Shown piece by piece: positions 24,240-36,437 of a stretch of DNA of 64,000 nucleotides. A program made the position numbers and the translations under genes. The DNA comes from Owenia fusiformis (Eukaryota). A model generated the notes under the pieces. The model saw only the letters and a list, made by a program, of their open reading frames with translations, was not told where the DNA came from and searched no databases. How positions within the stretch are numbered: position 1 is the stretch's first letter; the number at the start of each line of letters is the position of its first letter. The stretch is taken from assembly GCA_903813345.2 (NCBI GenBank), contig CAIIXF020000001.1, forward strand, positions 33,418,001 through 33,482,000, read 5' to 3'.

Positions 24240-27200
24240 TTTTTTTTTTTTTTTTTATATTTAAAATTTATTTTCATATCATTTTAAAATTTTACAATTA
24301 CAATACAATGTTTCTTTTTTCAAGTTCTATTTTAAAATTATGTAACATATTATTATTTTGGTACAATTTCAACTTTTGCTTGTGGATTGTCCACTTAGCA
24401 ACAATTATTACTTGGTTAATATACTCTTTATCTTTACCTAAAATACCTTTAAAGATGGTTTGTTCATTTAAAATTATTTCACAATTGTTTCTTATAAAGT
24501 CCCATATTGGGAGTACAAAATTGCATGTTATAAATCTGTGAGCTAAATCATCCTTATTTTCATTACAAAAATTACAATTTGGCGTTTCCTTTATTTTCAT
24601 TTTAAAAAGTTTATCATTTGTTATCACAATATTGTGTAAAAATTTCCATTGAAAAGTGACATTATGTGCTAAGCACCAATGAAAGTATTTATCTACATCT
24701 GTATCATCCTTTAATAAACTGTTTGTTGGTTCTAAAAATAAATTCTGTATGTAACTAGAATAAACTTGTTTTGTTGTAAGGATTTTGACACTAGCTGTCT
24801 CTCTTTTGTGCAGAGCTCCTCTTAAAATGTTATATTCTAATGTGCAATTAATAGCGGTTTTTGTATTGAGATCATTTAAAGACAAAAGATTATTTTCATC
24901 ATCAAAAATATCTTGAAAGTATAATATATCTTTTTTAACCAAACGTTCTAAAAGGATACATTTGTTCTTGTACTGAAAATCCTTATTCAGCCATACACTT
25001 TGAGCTACTTTATCAATTACTTTATATGCTGAGTTATTAAAAGAAATCCAAGATTTTAATACATCTTTGTAAAATTGTGGAACACTTTTGTGTATATACT
25101 TTTGAACATTGCTAAAGGTGTCACTTGCTTTTAAAAGTACATCATTTCCACATATTTTGTTAATATAATGTTTGGGTAAAATGCTCCATGAATTATCATG
25201 TGTTTCCAGTAAATTCTGTGCCCATTTACACAATAAACTGTTGATTTTACTTTTTAGATCAACCATTTTATAACCACCTTGTTCATATGAACCTATTAAA
25301 GTTGACCTTTTGACTTTATCTGGTTTACCATCCCAAATAAATTCATACATTGATTTTTCTAATTCTGCTATAACTTCACATGGGGTACATTTCACTGATG
25401 CTAAATATAATATTTTTGACAGTGCTGATGTTTTTATGATTGTGATCTTTCCATGTATTGTTAATTTACGTTTTTTCCATTTTGTGAGTTGGTTTTTAAA
25501 ATGATTAACTCTACTTTCCCATGACTTTAAATTTGCTTTTACAATATCAGTACAAAAATAAACACCAAGAGCTTTTATTGGCTCTCTTGTCCATTGTATA
25601 TCAGCTAACTTATAATTTCTGTTTTCTGGATTTTTTCCTATAAACATGGCTTCAGTCTTTTGTTTATTTACTGCTAGGCCAGATAACTTTTCAAAATCTT
25701 TAAAAATATTCAAAACATTCTCAACTGATGAATCATTGCCAAGGAACAAAGTTGTATCATCAGCTAATTGAGCTATTTTGATTTCCTTGTTACCAGGCAA
25801 CAATATTCCATTAACATCCTTATCTTGCCTAATTCGACAAGCAAGTATTTCAGCACATAAAATATACAAAAGTGAAGAAATGCTACAGCCCTGCCTTATT
25901 GAGCGTTCAAGGCCAAAATACTCTGTTTTTGATCCATTAGTATTTACAATACAACTTTGAATATTAGTATATAAAATTTTGATCCATTTTTTAAAGGATG
26001 GTCCGAAGTTACATTTCTCTAGTACTTGATGCATAAAATCCCAGTTTAAACTGTCATACGCAGATAAAATGTCTACATAAACAATACTTGCATTCCTTAA
26101 TTGCTTCTCATTTGCATAAAATATTACATCATCTATTTTTCTAATCACTTCACCAATGTGTCTACCTTTGAGATATCCAACTTGATCTGAATGTACAATG
26201 AGATTTAAAACCTTTTTTAACCTAGTTGCTAAAGCATGTGCTATGATTTTATAATCTACACAGAGTAGACTTAATGGTCTCCAATTTTTTAAATAGAGAG
26301 GGTCACGATTCTTCTTTTGAATCAGAGATATCATGCCTCTTCTCTGAGAAATTGAAAGTTCACCTTCATTAAAGCTTTCCTCAACTGATTCTATGAAAAA
26401 TAATTTGATATTATTCCAAAATTTACGATAAAACTCAGCAGGAAGTCCATCTCCACCTGGTGTGCGATTTAGTTTCATTTTTAGCATTGAGTTATGAAAT
26501 TCTTTTTCTGCCAGCATTCCTTCACAAATATCACTTTTGTTCTTGCTAAGTTTAGGAAATTCAGCTCCTTTTAAAAAGGTTTCCATATCAGTTTGTGTAG
26601 GCCTTTCTTTATAAAGGCCTTTAAAATGCTGAGACTGTTCATGTAATATGTCCGCTAAATTGGTCAGTTTTTGATTTTGATTATTAATAAGTACTGAAAT
26701 GTTTTTATTTGCTGCTTTGGCTTTTTCTAGCCCAATAAAATAAGATGTTGATCGTTCTCCTTCCTCGACCCACTTTTGACGTGATCGTATTTGATAACCT
26801 CTAGCTTTTTGTAAAAACATGTTATTAAGTTGAGTTTGTAAGGAGTCTCTATTCTGAATAAGTGTAGGCGTTTCTGATCCAGAATTAATTAGCTTATCAT
26901 ATTTTATGATTAAATTTTCCATTTCAGACTGCTCTCGTCTTTGATCAGCTGCTTTTAGTCTGGAGTGATCCTTTGCGATAGTTTTAATTTCATTTTTTAT
27001 CTGTTCCCATTTAAGCCTTTTAGAGCCAACATTGAACTTGGCACTAGTTTCAATATTTTGTGTCATATCATTAATCTTTTTCACAAAAATATCATCCTTT
27101 AACAGACTTACATTAAATTTCCAGTTTTCAAAATATTTTGCTGAATTGTTACTATCTTGGAATTCAAACATCCCTTTTACAGATTTATGGTCAGTTAAAA

Positions 27201-27714
27201 CACTTGGAATTATATTACAATCTACACAAAACTGCAGTAAATCTGCTGTACAAAATATATAATCTAACCTACATTGCACAAAAGGTTTATTTTGTTTCCA
27301 GGTAAACTGCTGCTCTTTATCATGCTTCATACGCCATAAATCTGATAAATTAATGTTTTTTATTATTAAATTGATTGCATCAGATCCTTTTCTGTTATCA
27401 TTCGTAGTTTTTCCACCATATTTGTCTAACTTAGTGTTAACCAAAATATTAAAATCACCACCACAAAAACAGTTATTAAAAATATTATTTGCTATGAAAA
27501 AGTTATTGACTTCTTTAAAAAAGTTTATTTTGTCTTTTGTATTGTTGGGCCCATAAATATTGCAGATGTTTAACAATTTTCCATTACACTGGCCTTGAAT
27601 AAGTAACAGTCTTCCTTTATAGATGTCACTAGCTTGATTTAAAGTCAATATGTTTTGAATGTTAAAAGTACATGCTGGGTTAATTAAAATAGCTACTCCT
27701 CTACTGTCATTGGA
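24240..27714 (-). mobile_element. L1/Tx1-clade non-LTR retrotransposon, 5'-truncated
   Basis: Poly(A) tail (T-run 24240-24256), ~40-nt 3' UTR, open ORF2, HINE-A sequence resuming on both sides. Confidence 0.92.
24298..27714 (-). CDS. ORF2: partial APE endonuclease, reverse transcriptase and C-terminal Cys/His domain
   Basis: SRGVAIL, NIYGPN, GGDFN, RLDYIF, TDHKSV (EN); PGGDGLPAEFY, NWRPLSLL, RQGC, QLADDTT, KALGV (RT); CNFC..H...C. The frame is open to the truncation point and has no ATG start. Confidence 0.93.
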   Translation of the reverse strand, partial: SNDSRGVAILINPACTFNIQNILTLNQASDIYKGRLLLIQGQCNGKLLNICNIYGPNNTKDKINFFKEVNNFFIANNIFNNCFCGGDFNILVNTKLDKYGGKTTNDNRKGSDAINLIIKNINLSDLWRMKHDKEQQFTWKQNKPFVQCRLDYIFCTADLLQFCVDCNIIPSVLTDHKSVKGMFEFQDSNNSAKYFENWKFNVSLLKDDIFVKKINDMTQNIETSAKFNVGSKRLKWEQIKNEIKTIAKDHSRLKAADQRREQSEMENLIIKYDKLINSGSETPTLIQNRDSLQTQLNNMFLQKARGYQIRSRQKWVEEGERSTSYFIGLEKAKAANKNISVLINNQNQKLTNLADILHEQSQHFKGLYKERPTQTDMETFLKGAEFPKLSKNKSDICEGMLAEKEFHNSMLKMKLNRTPGGDGLPAEFYRKFWNNIKLFFIESVEESFNEGELSISQRRGMISLIQKKNRDPLYLKNWRPLSLLCVDYKIIAHALATRLKKVLNLIVHSDQVGYLKGRHIGEVIRKIDDVIFYANEKQLRNASIVYVDILSAYDSLNWDFMHQVLEKCNFGPSFKKWIKILYTNIQSCIVNTNGSKTEYFGLERSIRQGCSISSLLYILCAEILACRIRQDKDVNGILLPGNKEIKIAQLADDTTLFLGNDSSVENVLNIFKDFEKLSGLAVNKQKTEAMFIGKNPENRNYKLADIQWTREPIKALGVYFCTDIVKANLKSWESRVNHFKNQLTKWKKRKLTIHGKITIIKTSALSKILYLASVKCTPCEVIAELEKSMYEFIWDGKPDKVKRSTLIGSYEQGGYKMVDLKSKINSLLCKWAQNLLETHDNSWSILPKHYINKICGNDVLLKASDTFSNVQKYIHKSVPQFYKDVLKSWISFNNSAYKVIDKVAQSVWLNKDFQYKNKCILLERLVKKDILYFQDIFDDENNLLSLNDLNTKTAINCTLEYNILRGALHKRETASVKILTTKQVYSSYIQNLFLEPTNSLLKDDTDVDKYFHWCLAHNVTFQWKFLHNIVITNDKLFKMKIKETPNCNFCNENKDDLAHRFITCNFVLPIWDFIRNNCEIILNEQTIFKGILGKDKEYINQVIIVAKWTIHKQKLKLYQNNNMLHNFKIELEKRNIVL

Positions 27715-28305
27715 TTGAAAAATGGCTGCCTTTGCACGTCATTTTACGATTTTTGCTGTAACTTGAAAAGTATTGGAGCGATTTTGTTCATATTTGGTAT
27801 GTGAATAATTTGAGCATGGCACAATGTCTAATTACATTTTTGGTAGTAGGCGGCCATTTTGAAAAATGGCTGCCATTTTTACTTGTGTTGTTTTACATTT
27901 GTTACTATAACTCAAAAAGTAGTAGAGTGATTTTTTCATATTTTATATGTGAATACTATAAGCATGGCATACTGTCTTATGACACTTTGGGTAGTAGGCC
28001 GCCATTTTGAAAAATGGCCATATTTTGTTCATATTTGGTATGTGAATACTTATGAACCTTGCACACTGTCTCATGACACTTCACATAGTAGGTTGTCATT
28101 TTAAAAAATTGCTGTCATTTTTACATTTTTACTATAACTCAAAAAGTATTGGAGCGATTTTGTTCATATTTGATATTTTATTAAGGTTTGGCCTCTATGT
28201 TTGATGGATTTTTGACCAAATACTGATTTAAAATTATTAGACCTGAGATCAAATTTGTTTCTTGTATCTCTTTTATGGACTCTGCTATTTGCTATGAAAT
28301 AATCA

Positions 28306-30856
28306 TTATCCCATCGAACGAAGTTCGGAGGGATATAGGGAACGCCTCCGTCCGTCCGTCCGTCCGTCCGTCCGTCCGTCCGTCTGTCCGTCCGTCCGTC
28401 CGGGCAATAACTCAAATACCGTTGGCCCGATTTTGTTCATATTTTGTACACATATACCCTATGGGGGCAGAAGTTCTGCTCGAAAGCCAATTTTCAAAAT
28501 GGCCGCTCATTTCAAAATGGCGGCCATTTTAGTGCCGATTTTACAGTAATTTAGGTGTAATATGTAAAACTGTAATAGCAATATGTTTTAAATGTAAAAA
28601 AATTATAAAGGACATTAATAATGCTACAAATGTAGATATTAAAGAAGCACATGGCAGCCATCTTGAAAAATGGCGGCCTTTACTCGTCATTTTACGATTT
28701 TTGCTATAACTCAAAAAATAGTGGAGCAATTTTGTTCATATTTGGTATGTGAATACTATAAGCAATGCACACTGTCTAAAGACACTTTTGGTAGAAGGCG
28801 GCCATTTTCTAAAATGGCCGCCATTTTAACATATTTTACTATAACTCGAAAGGTAGTGGAGCGATTTTGTTCATATTTGGTATGTGAATACTATAAGCAT
28901 GGCACACTGTCCTACGACACTTTTGGTAGAAGGCGGCCATTTTGAAAAAAAATTGAAAAATGTCTGCCATTTTAACGTATTTTACTATAACTCGAAAAGT
29001 AGTGGAGCGATTTTGTTCATAGTTTAGTTTAGTTTAGTTTTATTGTTATTTACAGTGGTAGGTTCAATACAATGCAATACAATACAATACAAAAGAAAAG
29101 TAATAAAAAGCAACCCAGCCCACTTGGGCTTATCAACCACTAATGTTAAAAATTACAATTAGATTCATAACAAACAATTTAAAAAAAAAATACTAGCATG
29201 AATTTCTTAGACATATACATGCAGTTAAATTCAATTTACATTATAAATGGCATTTCTTCTTTTAAAATAACAAAGTTTAACAAAATGAGCACCTTGCCTA
29301 GGCATTTTTTCAAATAAATACTGAAACTTTTGATCCGTAGTCGATTCTGTTTCTTCAAAAATTTGGTGATTTTGTAAATATGTTTTCCTTATTTCCTTAT
29401 AAAATGTACAATTGAAAATAAAATGTTCCTCATCCTCAATGTTGCCAGATTTACATAAAGTACATTTTCTATTTTCCAATTTTTCATTTCTAAATCTGCC
29501 TGTTTCAATTTCCAGTGGTAAAATTCCCATACGTAATTGTGCAATTAAAGATCGTTCCAACTTAGATAAATTTAGCAATAAATATGACTCAGTTTTGTAT
29601 GAGGTTTTGAATTTGACATATGTTCTTAATTTTGGTTTCTTGTGTACTAAATCATTCCAAGTTGTTTCATATGTAAGCAGTAGTTTCTTTTTGACTTTTT
29701 CTATATAACAATACTCTAAATTCTCAAAATTATCTTGACAATCACATCTATTTAAAATTTTTTGGAGCTCTTGACTCCATTTACTATTTACAGTTTTATC
29801 CCATTTAAATATTTGTTTGGTAATTCTATTATCTGGCATCATTATCATTCTATTAAAGGTTCGAATAATCTCCAGATCTTTTTCAATTTCTAAGGGAGTC
29901 CAAGCAAAATCACCATGCAATGCATCAAGTGGTACAAATTTATGAACTCCAGCAAAATATCTTTGAGCTCTGTTAAATACATTATTGCAAACTGTTGAAC
30001 AATCGTATGCTCCCCAAACACCTACTCCATAATGGAGAACAGGCAAAACACATACATTAAATAATTTAGTGAATGTTTTTTATCCAAGATCCTTATTCCA
30101 TTTACATTTGTTAATTAATGACCCAAGTGCTCTTCCAGCTGAGTCTGATAAGGTTCTTACAATTTCATCAAATTTACCATGTTGAGTAAATGTTATACCA
30201 AGATATGTATATTTATCTGTATATTCTACAAGGGCATTCCTAATTTTGTTCATATTTGGTATGTGAATACTTTAAGCATGGCACACTGTCTTATGACACT
30301 TTTGGTAGAAGGCGGCCATTTTGAAAAAAATTTTGAAAAATGGCCGCCATTTTAATGTATTTTACTATAACTCGAAAAGTAGTAGAGTGATTTTGTTCAT
30401 ATTTGGTATGTGAATACTATAAGCATGGCACACTGTCTATTTCTAATGAAACTTTTGGTAGACAGTGGCCATTTTAAAAAATGGCCGCCATTTTAACGTA
30501 TTTTACTATAACTCGAAAAGTAGTGGAGCGATTTTGTTCATATTTGATATGTGAATACTTTAAGCATGGCACATTGTCTAATAAAACTTTGGGGAGTAGT
30601 CGGCCATTTTGAAAAATGGCCACCATTTTTATGTGTGTTATTTTACAAGTACGTGTGCGATTTTTCAAAAATTTTAGAGGTGGCTACTAAAAGCATATTA
30701 TTTCTTCTGATGACAACTTGGCTAGTGAGCAACCATTTTGAAAATGGTGGCCTTTCTGGTGTGTTGTTTTATGATATTTGCTATTCGTTTGTAAAAATGC
30801 CAGCCATTTCTGTTCGATGGGATTCGCTACGCTTTGGCGTTGCCGTTGTTCTGGTT
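28306..30856 (+). mobile_element. HINE family A, complete ends, inserted at TT
   Basis: TTATCCCATCGAAC head, (CCGT)n, tandem array, GTTCGATGGGAT, hairpin and CTGGTT. Confidence 0.9.
29022..30242 (-). mobile_element. RTE-X-like LINE, 5'-truncated
   Basis: KPKLRTY..RSLIAQLRMGILPLEIETGRF..CTLC..EDEEHFIFNC; (TAAAC)n tail; 12-bp TSD ATTTTGTTCATA (29010-29021, 30243-30254). Confidence 0.85.
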
Positions 30857-31928
30857 GAACATGTTGATAGGGAATTCCTTTGGTCTTTTGATACAATTAA
30901 ATACAAACAAGGCATTGAGTTTATAAACTTTAAACACATCAATAAATCTATATTTCTTAAAGAGGGGTGCTGAGGGTGTATCTTTGGCACTATGTGATAT
31001 CAGTCTCAGAAACTCTTTCTGTAGCTTTAAAATCATATCCATTAATCGTTTGGTTGCAGTTCCCCATGCAAGAATACAATAATTTAAGTGACTATATATA
31101 AGCGAATAATAAATTGATTTTGACGATTCAAAATTTAATCGGTTGTGTACCTTAAACAAAACACCTAGTGTTTGTGAGATCTTCACAGTGACATGTTTGA
31201 TATGACATGAGAGGTTATCATCGATTATTTCACCAAGGAAGTTAGTTTTGTTAATTCGTTCAATACTTCTGCTCCGTATTTTTATCTTCAAAAGGTGAGA
31301 TTCATTTTGAGTGAGTTTGCGATGTGAAAAAAACATAAATTTAGTTTTATTAATATTGAGCGAAAGTTTGTTCACCCTTAACCAGTCATCTAAAATGTCT
31401 AGATCATTGTAAATAAGATTAACTAATTCGTTTAAATTTTTACCAGAGACAAGTAAATTTATGTCATTAGCAAAAATTATAAGCTTTAGAAAAGAAGTTG
31501 TTTTCACAATATCATTAATATAAATGAGGAATAATATTGGTCCTAGAATCGACCCTTGTGGTACTCCACATGATATTCGAATAGGATGTGATACACAATT
31601 GTCATACTCCGTCGATTGAGTTGATTGATATGTGAATACTCGTAAGGATTGCATACTGTCTTATGACATTTTGGGTAGTAGGTGGCCATTTTAAAAAATG
31701 GCCAGCATTTACATGTATGTGTGTGCGATTTTTAAAAATTTTTACATGTGGCTTCTTAAAAGCATATTACTTCTGATGACAACTTGGCTAGTGGGCAACC
31801 ATTTTGAAAATGGTGGTCTTTTTTTATGGATGTTATTTTACGATATTTGCTATATATTTTGTTTGTAAAAATGCCAGCCATTTCTGTTCGATGGGATTCG
31901 CTACACTTTGGCGTTACTGTTGTTGTGG

Positions 31929-33158
31929 TTATCCCATCGAATGAAGTTCGGAGGGATATAGGGAACGCCTCCGTCCGTCCGTCCGGGCATTAACTCAAAT
32001 ATATGGGAGTAGAAGTTCTGCTCGAAAGCCGATTTTCAAAATGGCCGCTCATTTCAAAATGGCGGCCATTTTAGTGCCGATTTTACAGTTATTTAGGTGC
32101 AATAAGTAAAACGATAATAGCAATATGTTTTAAATGTAAACAAATTATAAAGGACATTAATAATGCTACAAATGTAGATATTAAAGAAGCACATGGCAGC
32201 CATCTTGAAAAATGGCGGCCTTTACTCGTCATTTTACGATTTTTGCTGTAACTCAAAAAATAGTGGAGCGATTTTGTTCATATTTGGTATGTGAATACTA
32301 TAAGCATTGCACACTGTCTAAAGACACTTTTGTTAGAAGGCGGCCATTTTGAAAAAAATTTTGAAAAATGGCCGCCATTTTAACGTATTTTACTACTCGA
32401 AAAGTCGTGGAGCGATTTTGTTCATATGTGACTACTATAAGCATGGCACACTGTCCTATGACACTTTTGGTAGAAGGCGGCCATTTTGAAAAAAAATTTG
32501 GAAAAATGGCTGCCATTTTAACGTATTTTACTATTACTCGAACTCGAAAGTCATAGAGCGATTTTGTTCATATTTGGTATGTGAAAACTATAAGCATGGC
32601 ACACTGTCTAATGACACTTTTGGTAGAAGGCGGCCATTTTGAAAAATGGCCAATCATTTTAACGTATTTTACTATAACTCGAAAAGTAGTGGAGCGATTT
32701 TGTTCATATTTTGTAAGTGAATACTATAAGCATGGCACACTGTCTAATGACACTTTTGGTAGAAGGCGGCCATTTTTCAAAATGGCCGCCTTTTTAAGGT
32801 ATTTTACTAAAACTCGAAAAGTAGTGCAGCGATTTTGTTCATATTTGATATGTGAATACTTTAAGCATTGCACATTGTCTAATAAAACTTTGGGGAGTAG
32901 TCGGCCATTTTGAAAAATGGCCACCATTTTTATGTGTGTTATTTTACAAGTACGTGTTCGATTTTTCAAAAATTTTAGAGGTGGCTACTTAAAAGCATAT
33001 TATTTCTTCTGATGACAACTTGGCTAGTGAGCAACCATTTTAAAAATGGTGGCCTTTCTGGTGTGTTGTTTTATGATATTTGCTATTCATTTGTAAAAAT
33101 GCCAGCCATTTCTGTTCGATGGGATTCGCTACGCTTTGGCGTTGCCGTTGTTCTGGTT
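31929..33158 (+). mobile_element. HINE family A, head-to-tail with the previous copy
   Basis: Its head begins on the terminal TT of the preceding copy; 3' end complete. Confidence 0.9.
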
Positions 33159-34716
33159 TTATTTGATTTTGTAGCAGTTGAATCAGAGATTTTGGATGAT
33201 TTCATTTGATAATTGTCAATCACTGAAATTGTCATAAATTCATGACTTTCTACAATTATGTGTTTATTTATTGATTTCACTTCATTTGGTATTATTCCAG
33301 AGAAATTTCTTGTTATCATTCTAAATGCCTTTATTTTCAGTAATCTTTCTCTTAATCTACTCTTCTTCATAATATTCTACAAGGTGGTTTATAATGTTTT
33401 GAAATTTAGAAGGTCATAATGAAGGACAGTAAAAACATGTAAGCCCAACCACTTTGAAATGCAAAGAACTTATCATTAGAAACCACATGGTAAAATCACT
33501 TGGCTGATCATAAATTGTTTTCATAACATCCTTCTTACTCGATACTGAAGGGGAGTTGGAACATCTGATATGCATGTAATGCTAAGTATTATGTATATTA
33601 ACCATAGGCATGTTAGTTTTGTCGTTTTGGTAATCTAAAAACAGAAAATTTGGTGAAATCTACATTTTCGTTCGGCGAGTTTTTGATTTTGCTTCATTTA
33701 TCAACTCAGTTCAATCACTGAATCCTGTTAGCAAATGAATCTTGAGTCTCTTATACAGCATATGGAATACCATCTGTAGGCAAAATGACATTAAGGTGGT
33801 AAAGAGAAGAGAAACACACATACCTTTCCTCCGACATTTTGAATTTTGCAGATCTTGTCGAATCTTTGATCACGCACTTGTAATAGTAGGCGATCACTGT
33901 ACATACTGTGAGATAGATTGCTAGTTTTTAGACCATAATGTGTAGGATTCAAAACAAAGTCAGAAAATATTAGGTCTTTCAGACTGCGGCAAAAATAAAT
34001 GTCAGGAGAATTTTGTTGAAGAGTTGAAGAATTGCGGATGTTGAAGTTCACATTATCCATTTTCAGGAATATTTTGTTAGGGGTTATAATTTATGCAACT
34101 TTCAAGACTTAGTAGAATGTATGGTATGAACATGCATGTATGGTGTGAAAATATGGAAGGATTCCTGCAGGTAACAAGGGAAATATATTTTTTTACCATC
34201 CTGTATATATATGTACAGGGTTGTCCAAAAAATGGGACACTGACTCATATTGATTTTCCTGATGAAAACATGTCATATTATATACCAATGGATAGGGAAT
34301 TTACTCATCTTTAATTTGGTATATCATAAGTTCAAATTTATTATAATGTCTGTCAACCAGCGTCTATAATATAAATGACGTCATTTTCATTTCAAAACGG
34401 GGTTTCAAAACTTGCAAAAACAAAGGTTCAATATGTCCACCATTTTGATCAATTGTAGCCCTCAAGTTTGGCCTTAACTGGTCAATTTTTGGTTCCCAAT
34501 CCAATTATTTTATAGTCTGTTGATTGCTTGATATCACCTCTCTGTGTAGCCTTAACTCCATGCTCAATCCTACCACTGCTGTAGACTGAGGACGTAACAT
34601 TCACACTTGGTGCCTTGCTCTCTTGAAAAATCACTAGAACTGGGTCTACTCTTTGAAAAATCCTAAAACTGTATGGGTACTGTTTTTGAAAAAATCGCCG
34701 GAAGTGGGTCCTGTTT

Positions 34717-35915
34717 TTATCCCATCAAACGAAGTTCTGAGGGATATAAGGAACGCCTCCGTCCGTCCGTCCGTCCGTCCGTCCGTCCGTCTGTCCGTCT
34801 GTCCGTCCGTCCGTCTGTCCGTCCATCCGTACGTCCGTCCGTCCGTCCGTCTGGGCAATAACTCAAATACCGTTGGCCCGATTTTGTTCATATTTTGTAC
34901 ACATATACCCTATGGGGGTAGAAGTTCTGCTCAAAAGCCGATTTTCAAAATGGCGGCCATTTTAGTGCCGAATTTACAGTAATTTAGGTGCAATATGTAA
35001 AACTGTAATAGCAATATGTTTTAGATGTAAAAAAATTATATACGACATTAATAAATCTAGAAATGTATATATTAAAGAAGCACATGGCAGCCATCTTGAA
35101 AAATGGCGGTCTTTACTCGTTATTTTACGATTTTTGCTGTAACTCGAAAAGTAGTGGAGCGATTTTGGTCATATTTGGTATGTGAATACTATAAACATTG
35201 CACACTGTCTAAAGACACTTTAAGTAGAAGGCGGCCATTTTGAAAAATGGACGCCATTTTTCAAAATGGCCGCCATTTTAACGTATTTCACTATAACTCG
35301 AAAAGTAGTGGAGCGATTTTGTTCATATTTGGTATGTGAATACTATAAGCATGACACACTGTCCTATGACACTTTTGGTAGAAGGCAACCATTTTGAAAA
35401 AAAATTTGAAAAATGGCCGCCATTTTAACAAATTTTACTATAACTCGAAAAGTAGTGAAGCGATTTTGTTCATATTTGGTATGTGAATACTGTAAGCATG
35501 GCACATTGTCTAATGACACTTTTGGTAGAAGGCGGTCATTTTTCAAAATGGCCGCCATTTTAACGTATTTTACTATTACTCGAAAAGTAGTGGAGCGATT
35601 TTGTTTATATTTGGTATGTGAATACTTTAAGCACGACACACTGTCTAATGGCACTTTTGGTAGAAGGTGGCCATTTTGAAAAATGGCCGCCATTTTAACA
35701 TTTTTTTACTATAACTTGAAAAGTAATGGAGCGATTTTGTTTATATTTGGTATGTGAATACCATAAGCATGGCACATGGTCTAATAGCACTTTTGGTAGA
35801 AGGTGGCCATTTTGAAAAATGGCTGCCATTTTTGCTATATCCTTTGTTTGCAAAAATGCCCTCCATGGCTGTTCGATGGGATTCACTACGCTTTGGCGTT
35901 GCCGTTGTTCTGGTT
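34717..35915 (+). mobile_element. HINE family A, complete and uninterrupted
   Basis: Head hairpin, long (CCGT)n, tandem units and 3' end. Confidence 0.9.
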
Positions 35916-36267
35916 TAAAAATTAATTGGATAGGTATTTTGAGTCTCACCGGCACTACCCCCCTGTAAAAAAATTTAACCAGTATCCCCCCTCGGCCAAG
36001 GGGGAGCTTTTTGACAGTGTTGGCTAAAAATCATTCCAATTTGCTCAAAATGGTGAAAAACTGCATGTGTTTGAGAATTTCTGGCCGTGGGGGGGGGTTA
36101 AGTAGACCATCTTCTTGTTCACCAAGGTGTCGCTCCAGTAAAAAGAAAAAATCTTCAAAAAATCGTAGAGCTCGAATCAAATTTAATTTACCGTCATACT
36201 TAGTAATTGGTTAAACAGACACATTTTAATAGATACAGATGGAATGCCTTCTCCTTGCAGCTGTAGA

Positions 36268-36437
36268 CAGGCCTGTCAACTTGGGAACACCTAACATGAG
36301 TGACTTGCAAATGTTGAACACCTTTGTTCAAATTTTGGACACCTTGGTCCAAATCTGAAAACCTTGGCCACATTTTGAGCACCTTGGTTTAAATTTTATT
36401 GCATATAATCAAAGTTTGAACACCTCAAATTTTTTTT
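36268..36437 (+). mobile_element. Left half of a CAGGCCTGTCAA MITE
   Basis: Same left end as 9213 and 17937; no right end. Confidence 0.7.

Larger units (their letters stand above)
28177..31624 (-). pseudogene. CR1/L2-group (Crack-like) LINE fragment split by a HINE-A copy
   Basis: GVPQGSILGPILFLIYINDI, FANDINL, YYSLIYSHLNYCILAWG; PINMFN|DYFIANSRVHKRDTR rejoins in frame across the HINE. Confidence 0.85.
23903..31930 (+). mobile_element. HINE family A copy hosting two LINE insertions
   Basis: Head at 23903; array resumes at 27715 and 31625; 3' end GTTCGATGGGAT, hairpin and GGTT at ~31887-31930. Confidence 0.8.

Noticed and set aside
24298..27648. Autonomous active retrotransposon
   Set aside because: There is no ORF1, promoter or ATG, and the endonuclease N-terminus is cut off.
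20221..35955. Many short ORFs with MAAIL, RPSVRPS or DGRTDGR motifs
   Set aside because: They are translations of the HINE-A microsatellite and monomers in several frames and on both strands.
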